From an uncultured delta proteobacterium (GTDB taxonomy: Bacteria > Myxococcota_A > Polyangia > Polyangiales > B10-G4): a stretch of 64,000 bases of DNA. Shown here in pieces: positions 1 to 8,867 of this stretch (position 1 is the first letter of the stretch; each line of letters starts with the position of its first letter). The notes beneath the pieces are model-generated. The model made no database searches, was not told the origin of the DNA, and saw only the letters and a list, made by a program, of their open reading frames with translations. Made by a program: the position numbers and the translations under genes. The stretch covers positions 576,001-640,000 of the forward strand of contig CAVSGI010000009.1 in assembly GCA_963727445.1 (NCBI GenBank), given 5' to 3'.

Positions 1-1375
1 GGGCGCGCCGCCTCAAGGGTGCCCCCGCTTTCTCGAGCCAGGCGGCGCAGACGCGGCTGAACGGGCTCATCCTCCAGTCGGTCTTCAAGCTCGGCGAACA
101 GCTCGCGAATCGCGGCGAGCACTCCGAGGCCGCCGACGCCTACTTCCGCGCGGCCGAGGAGTTCCCCACCGACGATCGGGCACGCCAGGCCTATTTCAAC
201 GCCGGCGTCGAGCGCCAGCGCGCGGGGGATCTCGGCGGCGCCGCCACCGCCTACGACCGCCTCATCGAGCGCTACCCCGGCACCGACGAGGGTGCCCAGG
301 GCGCTCGCACGGCGGCGCAGATGTACGAGTCCATCGCGCAGTTCTCCGACGCGGCCCGCTACTACGAGGCCTACGCCGAGAGCTTCCCCCGCAAGGAGTA
401 CGCTGCGGACTCGCTCTACAACGCCGTGCTGCTTCGCGTCACTGCCGGCGACGACAGCCGCGCGGTCGAGGACGGCAACCAGTTCCTCGAGGCGCTTCCC
501 CCGCCACGAGAAGAAGGACGACGTCTACTTCTTCATCGGTCGCGCGCAGGAGAACGCCGAGAACTGGGGTGAAGCGGCGTCGACCTATCGGCAATTTCAT
601 CCGCAGCACCCACGACCTCGACCTCAAGGTCGAGGCGACGACGCGCCTCGGAATGGTCCTGTCCGAGGACGGCAACCAGCGCGGTGCGGCCAGCGCCTTC
701 GAGGACGCGGTGCGGCTCGGAAGGCGCAACGCCGCGCGCCTCAACGCCGGGCTCTACTACGCTGCTCAGGCGCGCTACCTCCAGGGCGAGGCGGTGCTCC
801 ACGAGTACGAAGCCGTGCAGATCGCCGGTCCCACCGAGGGCCTGACCCAGCGCCTGCAGCGCAAGGCCGAGCTCCTGCGTCGCGCCGCCACCATCTTCAC
901 CGATGTCGTCTCGTTCCAGGTGGCCGAGTGGGTGACCGCCGCGCTCTTCCAGATCGGCCGGAGCTTCGAGACCTTCGCCGCCGACCTCAACAACCAGCCC
1001 ATCCCCGAAGGCTTCAACGAAGAGGAGGAGGCGAGCTACCGCGACCAGCTCTATCAGTTCATCATCCCGATGGAGCAGCAGGCCATCGACGCCTACACCG
1101 GCGGTTACGAGAAGGCGATCGAGCTGCAGATCTACAACCGGTGGACCGCCAAGCTCCGCGAGGGCCTGACGCGCCTCGACGACCAGACCTATCCGCCGCT
1201 CCGCGAGATGGGCGGGCAGATCGTCGAAGGCGTTCCCCTCGCTCCGCCGCAGCCGCTCGACGGTCTGCGCCGCGGCTCGGAAGGCCAGCGATCGAACGAC
1301 GAGGCTGACGGGGACGACGAAGACGACCAGGCCGACGACGAGGGCGACGACGACGGACAGGAGGGCGAGTCATGA
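1..1375 (+). CDS. Large TPR protein, GltD/AgmU-like; 5'-truncated by the window edge; two apparent +1 frameshifts (~491, ~596)
   Basis: Frame is open from position 3 (ARRLKGAPAF...AYFNAGVE...YDRLIERYPG). It continues as RFPRHEKKDDVYFFIGRAQE in a second frame and IRSTHDLDLKVEATTRLG...YNRWT in a third. TPR-like helices throughout; 4-bp overlap with the next TPR gene. Confidence 0.7.
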   Translation, partial: GAPPQGCPRFLEPGGADAAERAHPPVGLQARRTARESRRALRGRRRLLPRGRGVPHRRSGTPGLFQRRRRAPARGGSRRRRHRLRPPHRALPRHRRGCPGRSHGGADVRVHRAVLRRGPLLRGLRRELPPQGVRCGLALQRRAASRHCRRRQPRGRGRQPVPRGASPATRRRTTSTSSSVARRRTPRTGVKRRRPIGNFIRSTHDLDLKVEATTRLGMVLSEDGNQRGAASAFEDAVRLGRRNAARLNAGLYYAAQARYLQGEAVLHEYEAVQIAGPTEGLTQRLQRKAELLRRAATIFTDVVSFQVAEWVTAALFQIGRSFETFAADLNNQPIPEGFNEEEEASYRDQLYQFIIPMEQQAIDAYTGGYEKAIELQIYNRWTAKLREGLTRLDDQTYPPLREMGGQIVEGVPLAPPQPLDGLRRGSEGQRSNDEADGDDEDDQADDEGDDDGQEGES

Positions 1376-2541
1376 AGCGCGCGCTTCTCCTCGCGGTCCT
1401 CGCTTTCGCGCCCGCGCCTCTCGCCGTGGGCTGTGGTGGGGCCAGCGCGGAGGTCGAGACCACGCCCGCCGAGCTGCCTCCCGCCGACCCGCGCGCCGTC
1501 CGCGCCTTCCGCGCCGGCAACCGGCTCATGTCCCGCGGCGGCAACCGCTCCGAGACGCGCGCGCTCCGCCGCTTCCGCGAGGCGGTCGAGATCGACCCCT
1601 ACCTCTGGGAGGCCTACTACAACATGGGCGTCCTCCATCGCCGTCGCGGAGAGATGCGCGAAGCCATCGAGGCGCTCGGCAACGCCCGCCGCATCCAACC
1701 CGGCGCGCGCGAGCCCCTCCTGGCGCTCGCCGAGGTCCGCTATGCCATGGGCGACCGCGACGAGGCCATCTCGCTCCTCGACGCCTTCGTGGACGTCGAC
1801 CCCGACGCGGTCGAGATACGCGTCGCCTACGCCACCATGCTCCGGGAGGCTGGTCGCTACGACGACGCCCTCGAGCAGGCGCGCGAGGCGCTCATCCGCG
1901 ACTCGGCCAATGTTCAGGCGCTCATCGAGATCGGCCGCGTCTATCGCGCCAACGAGCAGTACGACGTCGCCGAGCTCGTCTTCCGCAAGGCGCTCGACCT
2001 TTCGGAGGAAGGCAGCGCCGCCCGCGCCGAGATCCACAACGACCTCGGCCTGGTGGCGCTCGCGCGCGGCGACACCCAGGCCGCGTTCCTGCAGTTCGAT
2101 CAGGCGGTGCAGCTCGACGCCCAGAACAAGAGCGCGCACATGAACCAGGGCTCGGTGCTCCTGCAGGCCGGCGACTGGGCCGGCGCATCCGCCCAGTTCC
2201 AAGCCGTGCTGCGCATCGACCCCGACGACCTCGATGCGCGCGTCGCTCTCGGCATCTGCTACCGTGGACAGGGTGACAACCGCCAAGCGCGCCGGGCCTA
2301 CGAAGACGTCCTCGACGACGCGCCCAACCACCCCGCCGCCCTCTTCAACCTCGGGGTCCTCAAGGCGGAGTTCCTCAATCAGCGGCCCCAGAGCCGCGAG
2401 CTCTTCGAGCGCTTCCTCCGGGTGGCGCCCAGTGACGCACCGCAGCGCGAGATGGCCGAGCGCTATCTCCGCGAGATCCCTGCAGAGGGCCCTCGCCGTC
2501 GTCGCGGAGGCGGAGGCAACGGGGGTGGAGGTGGCGCATGA
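1372..2541 (+). CDS. TPR lipoprotein, GltE/AglT-like
   Basis: Lipobox LAVGC; many TPR units (EAYYNMGVLH, EIHNDLGLVAL, ALFNLGVL); lies between GltD-like and GltF-like genes. Confidence 0.75.
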   Translation: MKRALLLAVLAFAPAPLAVGCGGASAEVETTPAELPPADPRAVRAFRAGNRLMSRGGNRSETRALRRFREAVEIDPYLWEAYYNMGVLHRRRGEMREAIEALGNARRIQPGAREPLLALAEVRYAMGDRDEAISLLDAFVDVDPDAVEIRVAYATMLREAGRYDDALEQAREALIRDSANVQALIEIGRVYRANEQYDVAELVFRKALDLSEEGSAARAEIHNDLGLVALARGDTQAAFLQFDQAVQLDAQNKSAHMNQGSVLLQAGDWAGASAQFQAVLRIDPDDLDARVALGICYRGQGDNRQARRAYEDVLDDAPNHPAALFNLGVLKAEFLNQRPQSRELFERFLRVAPSDAPQREMAERYLREIPAEGPRRRRGGGGNGGGGGA

Positions 2542-2912
2542 GCCGTGATGTCTGGTGGTACCCCACCATGGGGCGCGTCGCGATTTTGGCCCTCGTCGGG
2601 GCCCTCGTGGGAACTTCCGTCGCTGCGATGGGTCAAGAAGCGAGGGGCCGCACCGAGGCGTCGGCCCCCACGGGTGCCGGCGCGGACGATGATCTGCCCG
2701 GCGCGGGCGCGGCGGAGGATGAGGTGACGGAAGAAGGCGGCAGCAAGGTCAAGGTCTACCAGTTCGGTGGCCTCGACATCTCCGGCCGGCTCAAGTCGCC
2801 CCAGCTCCTCTACTTCCTGAACCGTCTTCGCGCGGAATTCGATCGCCCCCGGCTGCCTCATCGCTCGTTCATGCCGGAGCTGGTAAGGTCGTCCAAGACG
2901 AAGACGTTCTGA
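2538..2912 (+). CDS. Small secreted protein, GltF/CglF-like (start may be 2568)
   Basis: Signal peptide, acidic linker, short C-terminal segment KVYQFGGLDISGRLKSP...RSFMPEL; synteny. Confidence 0.6.
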   Translation: MSRDVWWYPTMGRVAILALVGALVGTSVAAMGQEARGRTEASAPTGAGADDDLPGAGAAEDEVTEEGGSKVKVYQFGGLDISGRLKSPQLLYFLNRLRAEFDRPRLPHRSFMPELVRSSKTKTF

Positions 2913-2925
2913 GAGTCGAACACAC

Positions 2926-4293
2926 GTGGCGAGCACACAGAAAGTCTCCTCCCGACACCTTCGCGTGGCCTTCGTCTGGAACGGCACGCTTCAAGCCGAA
3001 GAAGAGCTCGACACGCCGCGGCCGGTGATCCTCGGCCAGGGCGCCGACGCGCTCTTCGCCATCCCCGACGACGTCTCCCCCGAAGACCGTCTGGTGGTCC
3101 TCGATCCCGGCAAGGCCGGCTACCGGCTCAAGCTCACGCCGCGGATGGGCGGCGACGTGTGGATGGGTGGGCAGCGCCGCAGCGTGCGCGACCTCGCCGC
3201 CCAGACCAGCGAGGTCGAGCTCGGGCCCAACGACTACGGCGTCGTCACCCTCGGGACCGTCGCCTTCTTCTTCCAGCACGTGAAGGCGATGAAGCCGCTC
3301 AAGCGGCCCTTCTTCACCGCCGACGGCACCCTCGTAGCGTCGATGGGGCTGAGCCTCTTCCTCTTCACGGCGCTGATGGTGCTGATGTACGTCGCGGCCG
3401 AAGAGTTTCGCGATCCCGATCCGCTCGAGCTCCCCTCGGACCTCATCGCGCAGTTCCTGGTGACGCCGCCCCCCGAGGACATCCTCGAGGAGATGACCGA
3501 GGAGAGCGGCACCGAGACCGAAGACCCGGGCCTCGAGTCGCGTGACGAGACCGGCGGCCGCCGCGCGGAGGGCGAAGAGGGCCGCGTCGGTCGCGAGGAC
3601 TCGCCGGTGGAGGACACCGAGATCGCCGACCCGCACGTGGCCGAGGTCGCGGCGAGGGTGCGAGACACCGGTCTTCTCGGCGCGCTCTCCGGAGGACACG
3701 AGGGCAACGCCATCGCCGCGGCTCTGGACGTGCCCAACGTCAGCGACGTGATCAGCGGCCTCAACAGCAGCCGCACCATCCTCGGCCGCGGCGCTGGTGG
3801 CACCGGCCTGCTCGGCTCGGGCAGCGGCGGCGGCGGTGACGGGCCGGGCGGCCTCTTCGGGGCCGGCGACGTCGGCACCGGCATCGGCGCGGGTCGCGGC
3901 GGCGGCCTCGGGCGCGGCATGGGCGGCATCGGCGCCATGGGCAAGCAGCGCTCCGAGCGCGTCATCAGCGTCCAGCGCGGCGCCCCCCGCGTGAACGGCT
4001 ACCTCTCGCCGGAGCAGATCAACCGGGTGGTGCGCGCGAACCAGGCGGCGATCCGCTACTGCTACGAAGTCCAGGTCCAGCGGCAGCAGAACCTCCGCGG
4101 CCGCGTCTCGATCCAGTGGCGCATCAACCTGCAGGGCAGCGTCACCAGCGCCCGCGTCGCCAACTCGAGCCTCAACAACGCGTCGGTCGAAGGGTGCATG
4201 GTCCGTCAGATCCGGCGCTGGCGCTTTCCGCAGCCGGATGGTGGGGAGGTGGTGGTGACCTACCCATTCATCTTCGGCGTCGAAGGCGGCTGA
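2926..4293 (+). CDS. GltG/PglI-like membrane protein with TonB-like AgmX/PglI C-terminal domain
   Basis: N-terminal cytoplasmic domain, one TM, Gly-rich linker, C-terminal LSPEQINRVV..IRYCYE..GRV..CM..IRRWRFPQP..VTYPFIF. Confidence 0.8.
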   Translation: MASTQKVSSRHLRVAFVWNGTLQAEEELDTPRPVILGQGADALFAIPDDVSPEDRLVVLDPGKAGYRLKLTPRMGGDVWMGGQRRSVRDLAAQTSEVELGPNDYGVVTLGTVAFFFQHVKAMKPLKRPFFTADGTLVASMGLSLFLFTALMVLMYVAAEEFRDPDPLELPSDLIAQFLVTPPPEDILEEMTEESGTETEDPGLESRDETGGRRAEGEEGRVGREDSPVEDTEIADPHVAEVAARVRDTGLLGALSGGHEGNAIAAALDVPNVSDVISGLNSSRTILGRGAGGTGLLGSGSGGGGDGPGGLFGAGDVGTGIGAGRGGGLGRGMGGIGAMGKQRSERVISVQRGAPRVNGYLSPEQINRVVRANQAAIRYCYEVQVQRQQNLRGRVSIQWRINLQGSVTSARVANSSLNNASVEGCMVRQIRRWRFPQPDGGEVVVTYPFIFGVEGG

Positions 4294-4377
4294 CGAGGCG
4301 CCCACGTGCGCCATCCGCCGGCTTTCGTCCTCGGGCCCTCCCTGCGACGCACCGTTAGTGCGCCTCAGTCGGGCCCT

Positions 4378-4476
4378 GCGGGCGCGCTCGGCGGCTGACG
4401 CACGTGGACGCCTCGTCCCAAGACTGGGCGGGCGCGCTCGGCAGCTGACGCACCTCAGCGCCTCGTCCCAAGACTG
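4378..4476. repeat. Two 49-bp direct repeats (period 50), plus an inverted partial copy at 4292-4320
   Basis: GCGGGCGCGCTCGGC(G/A)GCTGACGCAC....CGCCTCGTCCCAAGACTG at 4378 and 4428. 4292-4320 (GACGAGGCGCCCACGTGCGCCATCCGCCG) closely matches the reverse complement of 4389-4417. Confidence 0.85.
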
Positions 4477-4489
4477 CCCACCAAGACCC

Positions 4490-5114
4490 GTCGCGGCCTG
4501 TGGCCGCGACCCGGCGCCAGCGGCGCCGTGCAGGGGAGTCCGACATCTGATGCATCTCTACCCGGGGCGGCGGTATCGCCGCCCCGCATCTGACGCAGCG
4601 ACTTGTCGGACGCGGGGACGCAGTCCCCGGGGGAGCGTGGAGGGGCGTGAGCCCCTCACCAAAATTCAGCAACCGTGCAGGGAAGTCCGACATCTGACTC
4701 ATCTCTACCCGGGGCGGCGGTATCGCCGGCCCGCATCTGAGGCAGGGACTTGTCGGACGCGGGGACGCAGTCCCCGGGGGAGCGTGGAGGGGCGAAGCCC
4801 CTCACCAAAATTCAGCTATCGTGCAGGGGAGTCCGACATCTGATGCATCTCTACCCGGGGCGGCGGTATCGCCGGCCCGCATCTGAGGCAGGGACTTGTC
4901 GGACGCGGGGACGCAGTCCCCGGGGGAGCGTGGAGGGGCGAAGCCCCTCACCAAAATTCAGCTATCGTGCAGGGGAGTCCGACATCTGACTGCATCTCTA
5001 CCCGGGGCGGCGGTATCGCCGGCCCGCATCTGAGGCAGGGACTTGTCGGACGCGGGGACGCAGTCCCCGGGGGAGCGTGGAGGGGCGTGAGCCCCTCACC
5101 AAAATTCAGTTATC
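4490..5114 (+). repeat. Tandem array of four 146-148-bp structured non-coding units with a two-hairpin leader
   Basis: Units start at 4527, 4674, 4820 and 4966: CGTGCAGGGGAGTCCGACA...GGGGCGGCGGTATCGCC...TGTCGGACGCGGGGACGCAGTCCCCG...GGAGGGGCG(A/TG)AGCCCCTCACCAAAATTCAG. Confidence 0.95.
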
Positions 5115-5123
5115 GTGTGCGGT

Positions 5124-5750
5124 ATGTCGCTCGTGCTTCATCATCATCCGTTCTCTCGTGCGGCCAACGTCGTGTGGATGCTCGAAGAGGTTGGCTGTGA
5201 GTACTCGCTGGCGTTCGTCGACCTGATGGCGGGCGCTCAGAAGGAGGCGGCGCACCGAACGCTCAATCCGATGGGCAAGGTGCCGGTGCTCGTCGATGGC
5301 GAGGCGGTGGTCAGCGAGGCCGCGGCGATCGCCGTCTATCTCGCCGACCGCTACGCGATGGGGCGGCTCGCGCCGGCGCTGGACGCACCCGAACGCGGTT
5401 CCTATCTGCGCTGGTCTTTCTACGCGCCTTCGGTCATCGAGCCGGGCTGCCTCGCCAAGAGCGCCGAGTGGGAGTTCCGTCCCGGTCAGGCGGGGTGGGG
5501 CACCTACGACGAGATGCTTGACACCATCAGCGCGGCCATCGGCGACGGGCCCTGGCTCCTCGGCGAATCGTTTTCGATGGCCGACGTGGTCTTCGGCGGC
5601 ACCGTGCGCTGGATGACGATGTTCGGCATGCTCGACAAACGCCCCGAGTACATGGCGTACGTCGAGCGCCTGAACGAACGACCGGCGCAGAAGCGCGCCC
5701 GGGAGATCAACGATCGCATCGTCGAAGAGCGGGGCCTGAAGCGGCGCTGA
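5124..5750 (+). CDS. Glutathione S-transferase family protein
   Basis: SRAANVVWMLEE, LNPMGKVPVL, SEAAAIAVYLADRY, WLLGESFSMADV. Confidence 0.9.
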   Translation: MSLVLHHHPFSRAANVVWMLEEVGCEYSLAFVDLMAGAQKEAAHRTLNPMGKVPVLVDGEAVVSEAAAIAVYLADRYAMGRLAPALDAPERGSYLRWSFYAPSVIEPGCLAKSAEWEFRPGQAGWGTYDEMLDTISAAIGDGPWLLGESFSMADVVFGGTVRWMTMFGMLDKRPEYMAYVERLNERPAQKRAREINDRIVEERGLKRR

Positions 5751-5886
5751 GCGGTCTGGCCCCCCCGATCGGGGCCCGTCCCCCCCAAGCCCGCAGCGAG
5801 TTCCATCGTGATCTTCGAGATCAGGTGCTGGTACGCACCCTGCACACATCCCGAGTGGGGTATCTTATTCGCCCGAGGTATCGAAG

Positions 5887-6687
5887 ATGCGCGCATCAGC
5901 TTGGTTCACGGTTGTCATCCTCTCCCTGTCGCTGGTCGGCTGTTTGGAGCAGACCGACCAGACGGGGGCCGCGGGGACCGGGCTGTACGCATTTGCGCTG
6001 ACGGATACGACGCCGCCGATCGCCATGACCGACGAGGCGGCCCTCTACCTCATCGAGGATCGCGCCGAGCTGCCGCTCCGCCCGCCGACCGACGAGGAGC
6101 TCGCGGAGATGGCGGCCTCGGCGCCAGCGCCCTTTCCCAACCGTCCCTTCCACGTCCTGGGGGACATCGGTATCGAGGTGGACCTCGTGCTGACCAACCT
6201 CACGGACGAGCGCCGCACCGTCGACGCCATCATCAACGGCTTCAACGAGTTCACCGAGTACGTTCCGTCGTTCCAGATCGTCGACCGGGATCTGCTGGTC
6301 GACTTCTCTCAGTGGGAGCGCTCCGTGGTGATCGAGCCGGGCGAGCAGTTCGTCGTCACGGTGACCGAGCGTGAGCTGGAGGAGGTGGCCACCGACCTCG
6401 CGACCGTCGCCAACGGCGCACCCAACGGCAACGAAGTGGTCTACTTCGAAAACCAGTCGGGCGACGGCGACCCCCGGGTCGATCCTTATATCCCGGAGGT
6501 GATCCCCGGCCTCACGGGCATGCGCTTCGGGATCCGGGCCACCGAAGCCTCGAACGTCGTCCTCGAGGCCTCCATCCGCCTCGTGGACTACGCAGGCAAG
6601 GTCAGCGACGACGCGAGCGACCCCGCCATGGTCTGGGTTCTGCCGACCCCGACCCCCTACACGCCCGCCCCGCCGGCCATGCCCTGA
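5887..6687 (+). CDS. Hypothetical lipoprotein
   Basis: Lipobox LSLVGC; acidic, beta-rich body; typical GC3 codon bias. Confidence 0.75.
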   Translation: MRASAWFTVVILSLSLVGCLEQTDQTGAAGTGLYAFALTDTTPPIAMTDEAALYLIEDRAELPLRPPTDEELAEMAASAPAPFPNRPFHVLGDIGIEVDLVLTNLTDERRTVDAIINGFNEFTEYVPSFQIVDRDLLVDFSQWERSVVIEPGEQFVVTVTERELEEVATDLATVANGAPNGNEVVYFENQSGDGDPRVDPYIPEVIPGLTGMRFGIRATEASNVVLEASIRLVDYAGKVSDDASDPAMVWVLPTPTPYTPAPPAMP

Positions 6688-6737
6688 AGCTCGTCGGGCT
6701 CCGTTTGAGCCCCCCTTTCTGGTAGGCTCCCCGGGCC

Positions 6738-7490
6738 GTGCGCGCCCCCTCGATCAGCGCCCTCTTCGCCGCCCTCCTCCTCGCGACGAGCGCCCCCGCG
6801 CGCGCGCAGGATGGCGACGCCGCGGCGGGTGGCGAGTCGACCTCCGCAGCCACCGACACCGGGGCTTCGGACGAGGGTGGCGAGACGACCAGCGACGGCG
6901 GCACCGTGACCGAAGAGATCGACGTCACCCGTCTCGACGTCGAACGCCTGCCCCCCGAGGCGATCGAGATCACGCGCGACCTCTACTCCCATGGCCTCTT
7001 CATGGAGGGCTGGATCGGCGGGCGCGGGTTCGTCGGGGGCGTGGGTCGGCTGAGCTCGCCGGGCCTCTTCGCCAACGTAGGCATCGGCCTCGAGATCTTC
7101 AGCTTCCTCTACTTCAAGCTCGCCTTCGAGGGGTCGATCCACGAGACCAACGCGCCCCCACCACCGAGCCCCACCGTCTTCGAGCTCCTCTCCGCGCTGG
7201 CGGAGCTCAAGCTGCAGTTCAACATCAGCACCCGCGTCGCCCTCTGGCTTCAGGGCGAGTTCGGAGGCTCCTTGGCCTTCGGAGACATCCTCCCCATCTA
7301 CGGGATCCAGGGCGCCGACTCGGTCGGGATGATGTACGGCGGCAGCGCGGGCTTCGACTGGCATCTGTACAACCGCCACTACAGCATGGGCTTCCTCGGC
7401 GGCGCGCGCGTGTTCGACGGTCTCAAGACCGTCGACGGCGAGATGACGCTCGGGATCCACGGCGCGCTCTACCTGCGCTACGTCTTCTGA
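6738..7490 (+). CDS. Outer-membrane beta-barrel protein, possibly CglE/GltH-like
   Basis: Signal peptide (APARA-Q), amphipathic strands, terminal YLRYVF beta-signal; near the glt-like cluster. Family name is tentative. Confidence 0.6.
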   Translation: MRAPSISALFAALLLATSAPARAQDGDAAAGGESTSAATDTGASDEGGETTSDGGTVTEEIDVTRLDVERLPPEAIEITRDLYSHGLFMEGWIGGRGFVGGVGRLSSPGLFANVGIGLEIFSFLYFKLAFEGSIHETNAPPPPSPTVFELLSALAELKLQFNISTRVALWLQGEFGGSLAFGDILPIYGIQGADSVGMMYGGSAGFDWHLYNRHYSMGFLGGARVFDGLKTVDGEMTLGIHGALYLRYVF

Positions 7491-7532
7491 CGCCCCCGGG
7501 AGGGACGCGGCGATGCAGATGGCGAAGGCTGC

Positions 7533-8867
7533 TCAGTTCGGGATCAGCGCCTGGACTTCGGCGATCTCGTCGTTGCCGGGATCGAGCTGTCGGGCTTCGT
7601 CGAGCGCCTGCCGCGCTTCGGTCCAGCGTTCGGCGTCGATGTGCCTCCGCGCGGCATCGACGAGGTCCTTGGCGCGCTCCTCCCGCTCGTGAGGGCTGAG
7701 CCCCAGCGTCGGATCGACGGCGGTATCGACGCCCGTATCCACCAAGCCCGTGTCCGGCTCGCCCAGGGTGACCACGGCGGCGTCGCGATCGCGCCTCGCC
7801 GCGTGCGTGGTCACCGCCGCGTTCCCGGCGTCCGCCTCGTCCACGGCGGCGTCGTAGTCTTCGATGGGATCGCCGCCGCTGAGCGCGAAGACCATCGCGA
7901 TGCCCACCGCCAGTCCGCCGAGGAGGATCGCCCAGAACGCGACGGGGCTCTCCTTCTTCGCGTCTCGGGCCGGCGGCCGCGCGATCTGCACGGCACCCGT
8001 GCTCTCGCGATGCACGATCTCGTGGCCGGCCGCCTCGTATGCAGCCCGAAGTGCGGCTGCGAGCTCTCGCGCGGAGCCGTAGCGCTTCTCGGGGTCCTTC
8101 TCGAGCCCGGTCATCAGCACCTTCGACGCCGCGGCGGGGATCTCGGGGCCGATCGCCGCGTCGGCGGCGGCCGGCGGCTCGTCGTGAACGACCTTGTTGG
8201 CGACGGCGACCGCGTCGTCCCCCGGAAAGGCGCGCACGCCCGTCGCCACTTCGTAGAGCACGGCAGCGAACGAGAAGATGTCCGTCTTGGCGCCGTACTG
8301 GCCTTCGACGAGGGTCTCCGGCGCAGCGTAGCAGGGCGTGCCGAGGAACTGGCCTTCGCGAGTGAGCGCCGCGTCGGGGATGCGGGCGATCCCGAAGTCC
8401 GCGAGCTTCACCTTGCCGTCGTCGGTGGTCAGGAGGTTGTCCGGCTTCACGTCGCGGTGAACGATGCTCTGTGCGTGTGCCACCTCGAGCGCCTCGGCGA
8501 CCTGCTCGGCGATCCCCACCAGCTCCGAAGGAGGCAGGGCGCCCTTTTCCCGCAGCACCTCCTTGAGGCTCCGGCCGGGGACGTACTCGAAGACGAGATA
8601 GGGGCCGACCTCTTCGTCTTCACCGACGTCGTAGACCTGCACAATCGACGGGTGGTGAAGCCTGGCGGCCGCGCGCGCCTCGTTCTTGAAGCGCTCGAGG
8701 AAGGTCTTCAGCGAGTCCGGGTCCATCCCCAGATCTCGGAGCGTCTTGATCGCGACCGGCCGCTCGAGCTCGGGGTCCCGGCCCACGTAGACGTAGCCCA
8801 TCGCCCCGGCCCCCGCGAGGCGGTCGATCACGTAACGGCCGATCTTCGAGGGGACTTCCTCGGTCAT
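7533..8867 (-). CDS. Membrane Ser/Thr protein kinase with C-terminal TPR-like segment
   Basis: GAGAMGYVY, VAIK, HRDVKPDN, DFGIA, GTPCYAAPE; one TM. Confidence 0.93.
   Translation of the reverse strand: MTEEVPSKIGRYVIDRLAGAGAMGYVYVGRDPELERPVAIKTLRDLGMDPDSLKTFLERFKNEARAAARLHHPSIVQVYDVGEDEEVGPYLVFEYVPGRSLKEVLREKGALPPSELVGIAEQVAEALEVAHAQSIVHRDVKPDNLLTTDDGKVKLADFGIARIPDAALTREGQFLGTPCYAAPETLVEGQYGAKTDIFSFAAVLYEVATGVRAFPGDDAVAVANKVVHDEPPAAADAAIGPEIPAAASKVLMTGLEKDPEKRYGSARELAAALRAAYEAAGHEIVHRESTGAVQIARPPARDAKKESPVAFWAILLGGLAVGIAMVFALSGGDPIEDYDAAVDEADAGNAAVTTHAARRDRDAAVVTLGEPDTGLVDTGVDTAVDPTLGLSPHEREERAKDLVDAARRHIDAERWTEARQALDEARQLDPGNDEIAEVQALIPN

Noticed and set aside
4527..5114. CRISPR array interpretation
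   Set aside because: Units are ~147 bp and nearly identical along their whole length, with no unique spacers and no cas genes in the window.
4355..5200. ORFs across the repeat arrays (also 53034-53902)
   Set aside because: Frames shift between units (periods 146-148 and 220), products are Arg/Gly/Pro-rich noise, and substitutions preserve base pairing rather than codons.
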